A stretch of 64,000 nucleotides of DNA from Clostridium sp. 19966 (GTDB lineage: Bacteria; Bacillota; Clostridia; Clostridiales; Clostridiaceae). Positions 30,912 to 40,892 of this stretch are shown here, one piece after another. Under the pieces are notes generated by a model. It was not told the origin of the DNA, ran no database searches, and saw only the letters and a list, made by a program, of their open reading frames with translations. How positions within the stretch are numbered: position 1 is the first letter of the stretch; each line of letters opens with the position of its first letter. The stretch covers positions 194,029-258,028 of the forward strand of contig NZ_JACTOJ010000004.1 in assembly GCF_032335695.1 (NCBI RefSeq), read 5' to 3'. Position numbers and translations under genes: made by a program.

Positions 30912-30970
30912 AGGGACGGTTCACAATTATTAGCACTTTCATGCTATGAATTTTTGTGAACCGTCCCCTG
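30912..30970. repeat. Palindromic element copy 7, immediately 3' of the flotillin gene
   Basis: GGGACGGTTCACAA-N26-TTGTGAACCGTCCCC; the stop codon is about 3 nt away. Confidence 0.85.
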
Positions 30971-30973
30971 TTT

Positions 30974-33028
30974 CTACTTCTCTTCTTTACTTATGTCTCT
31001 TAATATGTCTTCTCTTATTTTTTCTGCTTCCTTTGAGAACAAATCCATTGGTTTCTCTTCTTGAGTTCTTGCTGTAAGCTTTTCGCTCATCATAAGCATA
31101 ACCATGCTCTCGAATATATTAGGCAGCTTGTTTCCTTCTCCCTCTGTGCTTCCTGCATTTATAAGAGTTTTTGGAACTATGTCAATCTTTCCATCTCTGA
31201 TAGCATCTGCAAAGTTCTTCATGACGTCTTCAAGTATTTTGAATTGAGGTCCACCGAAGGCATTTACCTGTTCCCTTGCAGCTATTGCCTTGGAAATACC
31301 TACTTTAGCTTCCTTCAAAGCTTCAGCTTCTGCCTGAGCCTTGATTCTGAAGGCTTCTGCCTCTGCCTGCTGCTTGATTTTATAGGCATCTGCTTCTGAA
31401 AGTCTCTGGATTTTTTCTGCATCCTGTCTAGATTTCATAAGATCAGCTTTACCTTGGTTTTCCTGAATTCTAATGTTGATATCTGATTCAGTAAGGGAAG
31501 TCTGCTGCTTGGCTATAGCTTCTGCTTCCTTAAGCTCCTTTTCCTTCTCTGCGGCGGTCTGCTGAGTAGCATAGGTCTCAAGCTGCTCTTTAGCCAGCTG
31601 TCTGCTTCTAAGCTGCATCAATATCTGCTCTATATTAGTATCGTTCTTTGAGCTGGTTGGAGTTCCTATAAGAACTTCCTCTAATTCCAAGCTATAGTGC
31701 TCAAATTTAGTTTTCATCTCAGTTGAAGCTTGATTTTGAATTTCATTTCTCTGCTGAATAAGTTCTATCAAGGTCTTAGTCTGGCCTACATTTTTAAAGT
31801 AAGCTGATACCATAGGATCAAGAGTTTGATCTACCAGCATCTTTATATCACCAAATCTCTGTATTACCATTGGAGCTTTTTTATAATCAATGTGAAAAAC
31901 CACTGAAAGAGGAAGTGAAGGTTCAAAAGCATCTTTGGTGATAAGATTAACCTCCTTAAGATTTTCATCATATTTATGAGCTCCTATCTGGTTGCTTATC
32001 CACTTTAATATTACATTGGTAGTAGGCACTTGAAGAATATTACCTGCATAAACATTAAAGGCATATTTTCCTGGCATCAAAGGTTCCTTCCACACACCTC
32101 TATAGCCTTGCTCTACTAATTCACCATGCCTGTAATCTTCTCCTGAAAAATCTTTACCTTTAGCTCCTGTGTAAGATACAACAACTCCTACAAAACCAAC
32201 AGGTATAACTGTTTTCTTGATGTATTCTACAGTTGCAAAAAGTCTATTTATGAAATAAGTACCGTCAGCTAATACTTGATATTGTCTTCCTCTGTAACCG
32301 CCAGCCTTCAAAAATCTTTCAGGATCCTGGAAGTTATTGTGATAATTTTCTGAATCGGCTTCATCTCCCACTGCTGGACATATGATAGTATCCCTTCCTA
32401 AAGATGGACCGTCATGCACTGTAACTATACCTACCATATCGCTTTCACCCTGTATAACTACTGGTTCAAAGCCTCTTCTTTCAGAAATTTTTCTAGTCAT
32501 ATCCATTATAGTTTGCTGCTCACCCTTGTCTCCCATAGGAAGATAATAGGTTTTATTTTCCGTGATTATTATAAATTGAGCAAGGTTAAACGCATAGGTA
32601 CCTTCACGGATTATTCCTCTCTGCGGTCCCTTTTGTCCACCGCCTTTAATAAAGCCCGTTACATCTTGAAAATTGTTACTTTCAGCTATTATTTTACCTA
32701 AGGTCTGAGTGGCATCCAAAGGATGTCCATCCCTTGCAAATACATAGGCTATTTTACCTTGAGGAATTGTAACTAAGGGTACAGTATGAACCTTGTAAAC
32801 AAGTGGAGTTAAAAAGTGAATACCTCCTCTTACTACCTCTGGTTGATAACCTGCCTCTCCATTTAAAGCTATGATTTGTTCTTTTAGTGATCCTTTGTTT
32901 GACCACCATTTCTCTAGAATAGCTACTTTGTCATTGGGAATTATCTTTAATCCTGCTAACCATAGGATTATGCCTAGTAAAGCAATACCCCCAACCACAT
33001 AAATTAGTATTAGTTGCCATGTCTCCAT
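30974..33028 (-). CDS. floT: Flotillin-like SPFH/band-7 protein (FloT/YuaG type) with an N-terminal TM anchor and a C-terminal EA-repeat coiled coil
   Basis: N-terminal TM helix; SPFH domain; AEAEAFRIKAQAEAEAL repeats. Confidence 0.8.
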   Translation of the reverse strand: METWQLILIYVVGGIALLGIILWLAGLKIIPNDKVAILEKWWSNKGSLKEQIIALNGEAGYQPEVVRGGIHFLTPLVYKVHTVPLVTIPQGKIAYVFARDGHPLDATQTLGKIIAESNNFQDVTGFIKGGGQKGPQRGIIREGTYAFNLAQFIIITENKTYYLPMGDKGEQQTIMDMTRKISERRGFEPVVIQGESDMVGIVTVHDGPSLGRDTIICPAVGDEADSENYHNNFQDPERFLKAGGYRGRQYQVLADGTYFINRLFATVEYIKKTVIPVGFVGVVVSYTGAKGKDFSGEDYRHGELVEQGYRGVWKEPLMPGKYAFNVYAGNILQVPTTNVILKWISNQIGAHKYDENLKEVNLITKDAFEPSLPLSVVFHIDYKKAPMVIQRFGDIKMLVDQTLDPMVSAYFKNVGQTKTLIELIQQRNEIQNQASTEMKTKFEHYSLELEEVLIGTPTSSKNDTNIEQILMQLRSRQLAKEQLETYATQQTAAEKEKELKEAEAIAKQQTSLTESDINIRIQENQGKADLMKSRQDAEKIQRLSEADAYKIKQQAEAEAFRIKAQAEAEALKEAKVGISKAIAAREQVNAFGGPQFKILEDVMKNFADAIRDGKIDIVPKTLINAGSTEGEGNKLPNIFESMVMLMMSEKLTARTQEEKPMDLFSKEAEKIREDILRDISKEEK

Positions 33029-33368
33029 TTTAATACCCCCTGAATTAATTAAAACAATATATTGTAAATATTAATATAATACTCTATAACCAATATATTG
33101 AATTTATGAAATAATTATATCAGAGGTTTGTTAATTTTAATAATGTCACTGAAGGCTGTTTTAGGTTCTTTTAGACTTTGGCATTCTCTTTTTATGATAT
33201 TTTAACTTCCAATCACATTAAATCATATATTTTTCTCCTTAATACGTTATTTTATAACTTTTAATATTTTATGCAATATTCTTTTATAGGTTTATTGCGT
33301 TTTTATATAAAAATATTATTTACTTGAAAAAATAGAGCCTATATAGACTCTATTAGCATAAACTTTTT

Positions 33369-33707
33369 CTATATAATGCTTCCCATATAAAAGCCAATTA
33401 TTCCAATAATCACTGTGGAAAATATATATATTAAAGCATTTTTGAGCTTGCTTCCCTTAAATAATGTGAAGCCTTCAAACATGAATGTGGAAAAGGTGGT
33501 GTAGGCTCCTAAAAAACCATCTGCCAAAAGCAGCATAAGATTATGGCTTATATTTGAAGAGCTGACTATCCCTAAGAGAAAAGCTCCTGTTATATTTATT
33601 ATAAAAGTAGCCAAAGGAAACCAGGTTTTACTTTTTATCTGTTTCCCAAGCCAAAATCTTGTTAAACTTCCGCAGCTTCCTCCAAAAGCTATCATTATGT
33701 ATCCCAT
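33369..33707 (-). CDS. crcB: Fluoride channel CrcB/Fluc (second of a tandem pair)
   Basis: 112 aa, 4 TM; GFLGAYTTFSTF signature. Confidence 0.85.
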   Translation of the reverse strand: MGYIMIAFGGSCGSLTRFWLGKQIKSKTWFPLATFIINITGAFLLGIVSSSNISHNLMLLLADGFLGAYTTFSTFMFEGFTLFKGSKLKNALIYIFSTVIIGIIGFYMGSII

Positions 33708-33731
33708 TATAAATTCCTCCTTTAACCTTTC

Positions 33732-34166
33732 CTAACCTGCCTGTTCTTCTTCTATTTCTTTTTCTCTTCTTGACATTATACTTAGGGATAATTTATACCC
33801 AAGATATGCTGCCAGCATTCCTAATACTATAGAAAAAGCTATATAAACAAGGGCTGTGATATATATTCCTTTTTCCATAAGTCCTACTGTATCCCTACAA
33901 AAAGTTGAAAAAGTGGTAAAAGCACCGAGAAAGCCTGTAGTTAAAAAAACCTTTATATTTTCGTTAAGACATCGCTTTTTACTGGCAAAGGTGAGTATTA
34001 ATGCTATAAGAAAACTTCCGCTTATATTAATAATAAAGGTGTTTATAGGAAAGGCTGAAAATAAATTAGAAAAGTCTATAATTTTTATAGCATACCGTAA
34101 AAGGGCTCCTAAGGCTCCTCCAATGGCCACATAAATATATTTTTTCATAAAAGTTTCTCCTTTCAA
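33732..34166 (-). CDS. crcB: Fluoride channel CrcB/Fluc (first of a tandem pair; the start may be MKKYIY at about 34148)
   Basis: GFLGAFTTFSTF signature; 4 TM. Confidence 0.85.
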   Translation of the reverse strand: MKGETFMKKYIYVAIGGALGALLRYAIKIIDFSNLFSAFPINTFIINISGSFLIALILTFASKKRCLNENIKVFLTTGFLGAFTTFSTFCRDTVGLMEKGIYITALVYIAFSIVLGMLAAYLGYKLSLSIMSRREKEIEEEQAG

Positions 34167-34194
34167 TGATGTGAGGTGTTTTAAAACTTAGCCA

Positions 34195-34285
34195 ATCAAA
34201 AAGACCCCTACAAAAAGCCGTAAAGCTCTTGTAGGAGTCATTAGCACTAACGCGATTTAAGGTGAACTCCATCACCCTGCAAAAT
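34195..34285 (-). ncRNA. Fluoride riboswitch (crcB motif) with an intrinsic terminator as the expression platform
   Basis: Minus-strand RNA reads GGGUGAUGGAGUUCACC...UUAGUGCUAAUGACUCCUAC, matching the conserved GGnGAUGGnGUUCnCC...CUAAUGACUCCUAC core, followed by a hairpin and UUUUU about 30 nt before the crcB start. Confidence 0.85.
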
Positions 34286-34336
34286 TAATAATTCAATTTG
34301 ATTATAGCTATTATTTATAATTTATGCAATACCAAT

Positions 34337-35155
34337 TTAGATTAACTTGGATATGTCTACATCCTCTTTTAATTTCTCCACAAGATGCTTTACTTCTTGA
34401 TCCCTGTTCCTGTCCATTACTAAAATTACATTATCTGCTTCGACAATTATAAGATCTTTTACTCCAAAGCCTATTAGCAGCTTATCTTTGGAAAAAGCTA
34501 TGCAGTTTTCACTGTCCTCAAGCTTAACATTACCTTTTATATTGTTCCCCTCAGAAGTATTTAGGAATCTGCTTAGCGCTTGGAAGGTTCCGATGTCATC
34601 CCAAGGAAATTCGCTCTTTATCACATATGCTTTTCTTGTTTTCTGCAGCACTCCAAAATCTACAGATATACCATCTATAACTTCATACTGCTCTTTGATT
34701 ACCTCAGCTTCATCTTCCATGCCTACATGGGCATATATTTCCATAAGATTTTTGTAAAGCTTGGGAAGATATTTCTCTACTTCCCTAAGGAACACATCTG
34801 CTCTCCAAATAAATATACCGCTATTCCAAAGATATGTGCCTTTTAGCAAAAAGTCCTTAGCCACCTCTAGGTTAGGTTTTTCAGTAAATCTTTCCACTCT
34901 GTAAGCCAAAACATTAGTATTGGCTCTATTGCCCTTTTCTATATATCCATAACCAGTTTCCGGCCTAGTTGGCTCAATGCCTATGGTGACTAAGCCTCTT
35001 CTTCTCTCCGCAATCTCTACCGCTGAATCTATGGTATCTAAAAAGGTTTTTTCATCATCAATATGATGATCCGATGGAAATACCATTATTACTGCATCCT
35101 TATCCTTCTTTAATAGCTTAACTGCAGAAAGACCTATGCAGGTAGCAGTCTCTTT
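34337..35155 (-). pseudogene. C-terminal about 270 codons of a mannose-1-phosphate guanylyltransferase-like (sugar nucleotidyltransferase) gene, separated from its N-terminal part by the 23.8-kb insertion
   Basis: The frame is open upstream of the annotated Met back to the junction: (stop)KETATCIGLSAVKLLKKDKDAVIMVFPSDHHIDD... continues the nucleotidyltransferase fold where the 58.9-kb fragment stops (...FVEPANKET). Confidence 0.75.
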
Positions 35156-35183
35156 CTAGTGGCTATTGGTCTTTTAAGATATG

Positions 35184-36860
35184 TTAAGCCCTAAACTTAT
35201 AGAATATTTCCACCTTTTTTTCCATAGTCTCCTTATCCTCAGAAATAATTATTTTATCAATTAGAAGCTCTACTGTGCTCCTATCAAATTCTTCAAAAGC
35301 AAGTATTTTGTCTACAGTCAGTCTGTATTTGTCCTGAAGCTCAGCTTTATTATTCTCTTTTGATGCTATATTTATAATTTCATATTTTTTCTGTAACAAC
35401 TGCTGCTTTTTTTCAATTCCTGCAATCAGCATTTCTGCATTTCTTTCATTTATGATATGATTCAACTTGTCTTGATAAACCTTTTGAAACTGAACATCAA
35501 GTTTATTTAATTCTTTTTCAATAGAAATCAGCTGCTTTTTATGATCATCTGCGCTATCTAGAATAGAAATGGCCGCATTATACAAAGTTTCCTTGCTCAC
35601 GTATCTATATACATAATTTTTAAGATCCTTAATGATAGTTCTCTTTAGAAATTCTTCCTTCACTGAATGTGAGCTGCATCTTCCCCCGCCCCTTTGACTG
35701 TTAGTGCATTTGTATCCCTCATATTTTTCCCTATAGCACAGGGAGCCACCGCATTCATTACATCTAAGCACAGTTGTAAAGGGGTGCATGTTTTCTCCTT
35801 TATATCTATAGCTTTTTCTTCTATTTTTCATTGCCTGCTGAACTTCATTAAATATTTCTTGGGAAATTATACCTTGAAAATCCTCACCATAAATCCATTC
35901 TTCTTCATTTGTAGGAATCACTTTTTTTACTTTATAGCTTATTTTTCTCCATCTTTGCTGCACCATTTTGCCTGCATATTTTGGATTGGTTAATATATAG
36001 CGTATAGAGTTACTTGTCCAAAGTCCAAGCTTAGACTTAGAAAATCCATTAATATGGCAAGAAGGCGGCTCTATGCCTTTCTTATCTAAATAGCCAGCTA
36101 TCTTACCAACTCCCCAGCCATTTAAGTATAAAAAATATATTTCTTTCACAACCTCTGTGGTTTCATCCTCCGCTGCAATCAGCTTTATTGTTTTGGTATT
36201 GCCTTCGTAATATTCTACAAACCTATAGCCATAAGGAGGTTTACTTGCTATGGAGGATCCTCTTAGCATTCTTTGCTTTAAAGCATCCCTCACTTTTTTT
36301 GAGCAGTCTTTTATATACATTTCATTCAGTATATTTTTAAAAGGTATTATATCATTAAATTCCTGCTCAGTATCCACATTATCAAGAACTGAAACAAATC
36401 TTATTCCATTTACTTTAAAATAATCCTCTAAATAATATCCTGCGGTGATATAGTTTCTTGAAAACCTGGATAGATCTCTGGTTAAGACCATATTTATCTT
36501 TCCAGCTTCAATATCCTCTTTCATTCTTATAAAACCGTCTCTCTGAAAATTCGATCCTGAAAAGCCTGCGTCCTCATAAACTTCAACCAGCTCATAGCTG
36601 TGATTATCTTTGGCTTCGCTTTTGTCAAGAAGCCATTTTTTCAGGCTTTGCACCTGAGCTGGAATTGATTCCTGCTGCTCCTTCTTATCTGTAGATACCC
36701 TGGCATATATAGCTACCTTCCAAAGCTTCTCCATGTCATACGCCTGAGCTTTCATCTGGTAAATTCTCATTGCAGCTGCTTTTGTACGCTTCTCTTTTAT
36801 TTTTATCCAGTTTCCTATATATGAGTTTCTCCATAAGCTTCTCAAAGCTATCTTCACCAT
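35184..36860 (-). CDS. Large serine recombinase (resolvase/invertase catalytic domain, recombinase domain, zinc ribbon and coiled-coil); the probable start is Met43 (MEKLWKVAIYARVS)
   Basis: AIYARVST catalytic serine motif near the N-terminus; C-terminal Cys cluster CNECGGSLC...C; about 520 aa. Confidence 0.85.
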   Translation of the reverse strand: MVKIALRSLWRNSYIGNWIKIKEKRTKAAAMRIYQMKAQAYDMEKLWKVAIYARVSTDKKEQQESIPAQVQSLKKWLLDKSEAKDNHSYELVEVYEDAGFSGSNFQRDGFIRMKEDIEAGKINMVLTRDLSRFSRNYITAGYYLEDYFKVNGIRFVSVLDNVDTEQEFNDIIPFKNILNEMYIKDCSKKVRDALKQRMLRGSSIASKPPYGYRFVEYYEGNTKTIKLIAAEDETTEVVKEIYFLYLNGWGVGKIAGYLDKKGIEPPSCHINGFSKSKLGLWTSNSIRYILTNPKYAGKMVQQRWRKISYKVKKVIPTNEEEWIYGEDFQGIISQEIFNEVQQAMKNRRKSYRYKGENMHPFTTVLRCNECGGSLCYREKYEGYKCTNSQRGGGRCSSHSVKEEFLKRTIIKDLKNYVYRYVSKETLYNAAISILDSADDHKKQLISIEKELNKLDVQFQKVYQDKLNHIINERNAEMLIAGIEKKQQLLQKKYEIINIASKENNKAELQDKYRLTVDKILAFEEFDRSTVELLIDKIIISEDKETMEKKVEIFYKFRA

Positions 36861-37139
36861 TATAAAAAATTACTAATGGTTCTTTTTTTTGCATAAAAAA
36901 CTCCAGAATATTGATACTCATATTAGTATATGCAGCATGGAAGGATATTGTTAATTCGATATTCAATAGTCTATTAAGAAGCTTCTATTTAATTTGCTGC
37001 TACCTCCTCATATTTTAAAGTTTTTTTAATTTCATAGTGGAATATTACAAATTCACTTATATATTTCATGTTAATATTAAGCTTTGCTATGCTATGATAG
37101 TTTTATAATAAATACAGAACTAAATTAATAGGAATTGGA

Positions 37140-38219
37140 GTGAAATATATGGAAATGACCTTTAGATGGTACGGCGAAGGTAATGATTCTGTTACTTTAG
37201 AGCAAATTAAGCAAATACCAGGTGTTACTGGGATTGTATGGTCTCTTCATGATGTGGCAGCTGGTGAAGAATGGTCTATGGATAGAATTCTTAAGGAAAA
37301 AGAACTTATAGAAGCAAAAGGCTTCAATATAGATGTAGTTGAAAGCGTCAATGTTCACGAAGATATTAAACTAGGACTGCCTAGCAGAGAAAAATATATT
37401 GAAAACTATAAAAGAACTATAGAAAAGCTTGGAAAGGCTGGAGTTAAAGTAATCTGCTATAACTTCATGCCCGTATTTGACTGGACCAGAACTGATTTGA
37501 ATAAAAAGCTTCCAGATGGCTCAACAGCTCTTTTTTATGAGAAGGCTAAAATTGAAAATGCAAATCCTATGGAGCTGGTAGAAAAAATCGCAGTAGGAGT
37601 TAAGGATTATACCATGCCTGGCTGGGAACCTGAAAGATTATCCAAGCTAAAGGAACTATTTAAAGCCTATGAAAATGTGACGGAAGAAGATTTGTGGAAT
37701 AATTTAAAATATTTTCTTGAAGCAATAATACCTGTGTGTGAAGCCAATAATGTGAAGATGGCTATACATCCTGATGATCCTGCATGGCCAATATTCGGAC
37801 TTCCAAGACTTATAATAAATAAAGAAAATATAAGGAGATTTCTGAAGTTAGTGGACAGCCCGTATAATGGCTTAACCTTCTGCAGCGGTTCCTTAGGTTC
37901 AAATCCTAACAACGATCTTGTAGCAATGATTAAGGAATTTGCCCCAAGAATTCATTTTGCTCACATAAGAAATATAAAGCACTTCGAAAATGGAGATTTT
38001 ATAGAAACCGCTCATAAGGCCTCTGAAGGCTCTCTAGATGTGGTAGGAATGGTTAAGGCTCTCCACAGTGCTGGCTTTGCAGGCTATGTTAGACCTGATC
38101 ACGGCAGACATCTTTGGGGAGAAAAGTGCAGACCTGGCTATGGACTTTATGATAGAGCCCTCGGAATTATGTACCTTTGGGGAATATGGGATTCTCTCGA
38201 AAAAGGAAGTGAAAAATAA
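37140..38219 (+). CDS. uxuA: Mannonate dehydratase
   Basis: N-terminus MEMTFRWYGEGNDSVTLEQIKQIPGVTGIV closely parallels UxuA; 359 aa. Confidence 0.85.
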   Translation: MKYMEMTFRWYGEGNDSVTLEQIKQIPGVTGIVWSLHDVAAGEEWSMDRILKEKELIEAKGFNIDVVESVNVHEDIKLGLPSREKYIENYKRTIEKLGKAGVKVICYNFMPVFDWTRTDLNKKLPDGSTALFYEKAKIENANPMELVEKIAVGVKDYTMPGWEPERLSKLKELFKAYENVTEEDLWNNLKYFLEAIIPVCEANNVKMAIHPDDPAWPIFGLPRLIINKENIRRFLKLVDSPYNGLTFCSGSLGSNPNNDLVAMIKEFAPRIHFAHIRNIKHFENGDFIETAHKASEGSLDVVGMVKALHSAGFAGYVRPDHGRHLWGEKCRPGYGLYDRALGIMYLWGIWDSLEKGSEK

Positions 38220-39842
38220 ATGTCAGCTTTAAAATTAAGCAAGGAAAGTATAAAAGAAGCTTATGGATGGAAAGAAGTCGGAATTGAGCTTCCAAAATTT
38301 GATTATGAAGAAATGTCAGAGAAAACTTCAAGTAATCCAACCTGGATACACTTTGGCTCTGGCAACATCTTCAGAGGTTTTATAGCTATGCTTCAGCAAA
38401 AACTTTTAAATGATGGCAAGGCAGCTACAGGCATCATCGCAGCAGAGGGCTATGATTATGAAATTATAGATAGAATTTATACCCGATATGATAATCTAAG
38501 CTTACTAGTGATCATGAAGCCTGATGGAAGCCTAGAAAAAACAGTGGTAGGCAGCATAGCAGAAAGTCTGGCTGCAGATTTTCAAAGAGAAAGGGAATGG
38601 GAAAGACTAAAAGAAATCTTCAAAAAGCCTTCCCTGCAAATAGCCAGCTTCACCATAACTGAAAAAGGCTATGCATTAAAAAATATTTCTGATGAATATT
38701 TTCCTTTCGTGAAGGAAGATATGGCTGCAGGCCCTGATAAACCTAAAGGTATCATGGCTAAAGTGGCAGCGCTTGCTTACATAAGATATAAAAATGGAGA
38801 ACTTCCTATAGCTTTTGTAAGTATGGATAACTGCTCTAAGAATGGAGAAAAGCTTCAGAACTCAGTGCTTTCCATAGCTGAAAGCTGGGCAGCTTCCAGT
38901 TTTGTGGAAAATGAATTTATAGCCTATCTAAAAAATCCAGAAAAAGTATCTTTTCCTTGGAGCATGATAGATAAGATTACTCCTCGTCCATCAGACAGCG
39001 TAAAGGAAACTATAGAGAAGCTTGGTTTTGAAAGCACTGAAATAGTTTGTACCAAAGCACATACTTATATAGCACCTTTTGTAAATGCAGAAGGTCCTCA
39101 GTATCTTGTAATAGAAGACAGCTTTCCAAACGGACGAATGCCTTTAGAGGAAGCAGGAGTATTTTTAACTGATAGGGCTACAGTGCAAAAGGTAGAAACC
39201 ATGAAGGTTACAACCTGCCTTAATCCTCTTCATACTGCTCTTGCAGTTTTTGGATGTCTGCTTGGTTATAAGTCCATTGCAGAGGAAATGAAAGATCCTA
39301 TGCTTAAAAAGCTTGTGGAGGAGATAGGTTATACTGAAGGAATGCCTGTGGTGGTGAATCCCGAAATACTAAAGCCAGAAGAGTTCATTAGAGAAGTGAT
39401 AGAAGTTAGACTTCCTAATCCTTATATTCCGGACACTCCTCAGAGAATAGCCTCTGATACTTCTCAAAAGGTAGGTATAAGATTCGGTGAAACCATAAAA
39501 GCATATGCAAAGAGCCAAAGCTTAGATGCTAGGAAGCTTAAATATATTCCCTTAGCTATAGCTGGCTGGTGCAGATATCTTATGGGCCTAGCTGATTCAG
39601 GAGAACCTATGGAGTTGAGTCCTGATCCTTTGCTTAAGTTTCTCACAGCTTATGTTTCTCACATAAAACTTGGTGAAAAAACCTCCTTTAAGGATAATTT
39701 AAAGCCTATTCTTTCCAAGGAAGAAATATTTGGAGTAAATCTTTACGACCTAGGTTTAGGAGAAAAAATAGAAGGCTATTTTTCAGAGATGATTGCTGGA
39801 AATGGTGCTGTAAGAGCTACTCTTGAAAAATACTTAAAATAA
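38220..39842 (+). CDS. uxuB: Mannitol-dehydrogenase-family oxidoreductase (fructuronate/D-mannonate oxidoreductase-like)
   Basis: HFGSGNIFRG dinucleotide-binding motif of the long-chain mannitol DH family; translationally coupled to uxuA (the stop of uxuA abuts its start). Confidence 0.7.
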   Translation: MSALKLSKESIKEAYGWKEVGIELPKFDYEEMSEKTSSNPTWIHFGSGNIFRGFIAMLQQKLLNDGKAATGIIAAEGYDYEIIDRIYTRYDNLSLLVIMKPDGSLEKTVVGSIAESLAADFQREREWERLKEIFKKPSLQIASFTITEKGYALKNISDEYFPFVKEDMAAGPDKPKGIMAKVAALAYIRYKNGELPIAFVSMDNCSKNGEKLQNSVLSIAESWAASSFVENEFIAYLKNPEKVSFPWSMIDKITPRPSDSVKETIEKLGFESTEIVCTKAHTYIAPFVNAEGPQYLVIEDSFPNGRMPLEEAGVFLTDRATVQKVETMKVTTCLNPLHTALAVFGCLLGYKSIAEEMKDPMLKKLVEEIGYTEGMPVVVNPEILKPEEFIREVIEVRLPNPYIPDTPQRIASDTSQKVGIRFGETIKAYAKSQSLDARKLKYIPLAIAGWCRYLMGLADSGEPMELSPDPLLKFLTAYVSHIKLGEKTSFKDNLKPILSKEEIFGVNLYDLGLGEKIEGYFSEMIAGNGAVRATLEKYLK

Positions 39843-39848
39843 TGCAAA

Positions 39849-39885
39849 TAAAGCTGCCACATAAGCTGGCAGCTTTATTTTTTAG
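39849..39885. terminator. Bidirectional terminator (AAAGCTGCCA-cataagc-TGGCAGCTTT plus TTTTTT) between convergent uxuB and GH10 genes
   Basis: Seen in sequence. Confidence 0.7.
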
Positions 39886-40868
39886 AAGTTAAGTACTCTT
39901 GCAAGAGAGTTCTTAGGTTCTCCATTTATATCAAATAGCATTGGCCAGTCTTTTCTTCCTGGCACTGGAAAATTATCCTTCCAGGTGTACCTGTCACTTA
40001 TTCCCCAAAAGGTTACTGAAGCTACTACCTCCTTGTAGCTTCTAAAGGTTTCAAAAATATTATTATACATCTCTTCCTGAAGATAAAGCATCTCCTCCGT
40101 AGGCACTAACACATTCTTTCTTTTGTCTTCAAAGCTGAACATGGAAACATCTAATTCTGTTACTTGAAGCTGAAGACCTAGTGATGCATAGCCTTCTATA
40201 GCTCTTTTTAAATTTTCTATAAGCTGTTTGTCCATTATGTTCCAATGTCCCTGAAGTCCTACTCCATCTATGGGAGTGCCCTGAGCCTTCAGTTTTTTCA
40301 GCATATCATAGGATTTTTTAAATTTGTCTGGAAATTCGTTATTATAATCATTATAAATAAGCTTTGCAGCTCCAGTAAACTCTTTTGCAAGCTGAAAAAC
40401 AGTTTTAATATAGTCTTCCCCTAAAATTTTTCTCCAGCCAGTATCTCTGTACTGCTGATCAGTTTTATCTTCTATAGCTTCATTTACAACATCCCAAGCA
40501 TATATAACATCACCATATCTGCTGCAAAGAGTTTTTATATGCTCTTTCAATATTTCAAGCAGTTCTTCCTTATTCTTTTCAAAAAGCCAATGAGGATTTT
40601 GATTGTGCCATACAAAAGTATGTCCTCTCATCTTCATGTTATTACTCACTGCAAATTCCTTCATCCTGTCTGTTTTTTCAAAGTCATAGCTTCCTTCATA
40701 AGGATGAATTTCCCCAAATTTCATTGCGTTTTCAGCAGTTAAGCTATTAAAATGCTTTTTAAGGAGCTCTCCCTGAATTCCCTGAAAATCCTCAACTCTT
40801 ACAGCGGCTCCAATTTTAAAGTAATCCCTGTAAGCTTCACATAACGATAAAATGGAATTATTACTCAT
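39882..40868 (-). CDS. GH10 endo-1,4-beta-xylanase, intracellular (no signal peptide)
   Basis: GHTFVWHNQNPHW and VTELDV (nucleophile) motifs; 328 aa. Confidence 0.85.
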   Translation of the reverse strand: MSNNSILSLCEAYRDYFKIGAAVRVEDFQGIQGELLKKHFNSLTAENAMKFGEIHPYEGSYDFEKTDRMKEFAVSNNMKMRGHTFVWHNQNPHWLFEKNKEELLEILKEHIKTLCSRYGDVIYAWDVVNEAIEDKTDQQYRDTGWRKILGEDYIKTVFQLAKEFTGAAKLIYNDYNNEFPDKFKKSYDMLKKLKAQGTPIDGVGLQGHWNIMDKQLIENLKRAIEGYASLGLQLQVTELDVSMFSFEDKRKNVLVPTEEMLYLQEEMYNNIFETFRSYKEVVASVTFWGISDRYTWKDNFPVPGRKDWPMLFDINGEPKNSLARVLNF

Positions 40869-40892
40869 AAATACACTCTCCTTATCACTACT

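Noticed and set aside
21-30970. Possibility that the repeated GGGGACGGTTCACAA motif is a CRISPR array
   Set aside because: Copies are dispersed over 30 kb at gene ends, occur as inverted (not direct) repeats with variable spacers, and no cas genes are present.
34066-34275. 69-aa ORF on the minus strand
   Set aside because: Overlaps the fluoride riboswitch and its terminator; no RBS; spurious.
36736-36966. 76-aa ORF overlapping the serine recombinase 5' end
   Set aside because: Same strand and overlapping the recombinase N-terminal region and promoter; most likely an upstream in-frame artefact.
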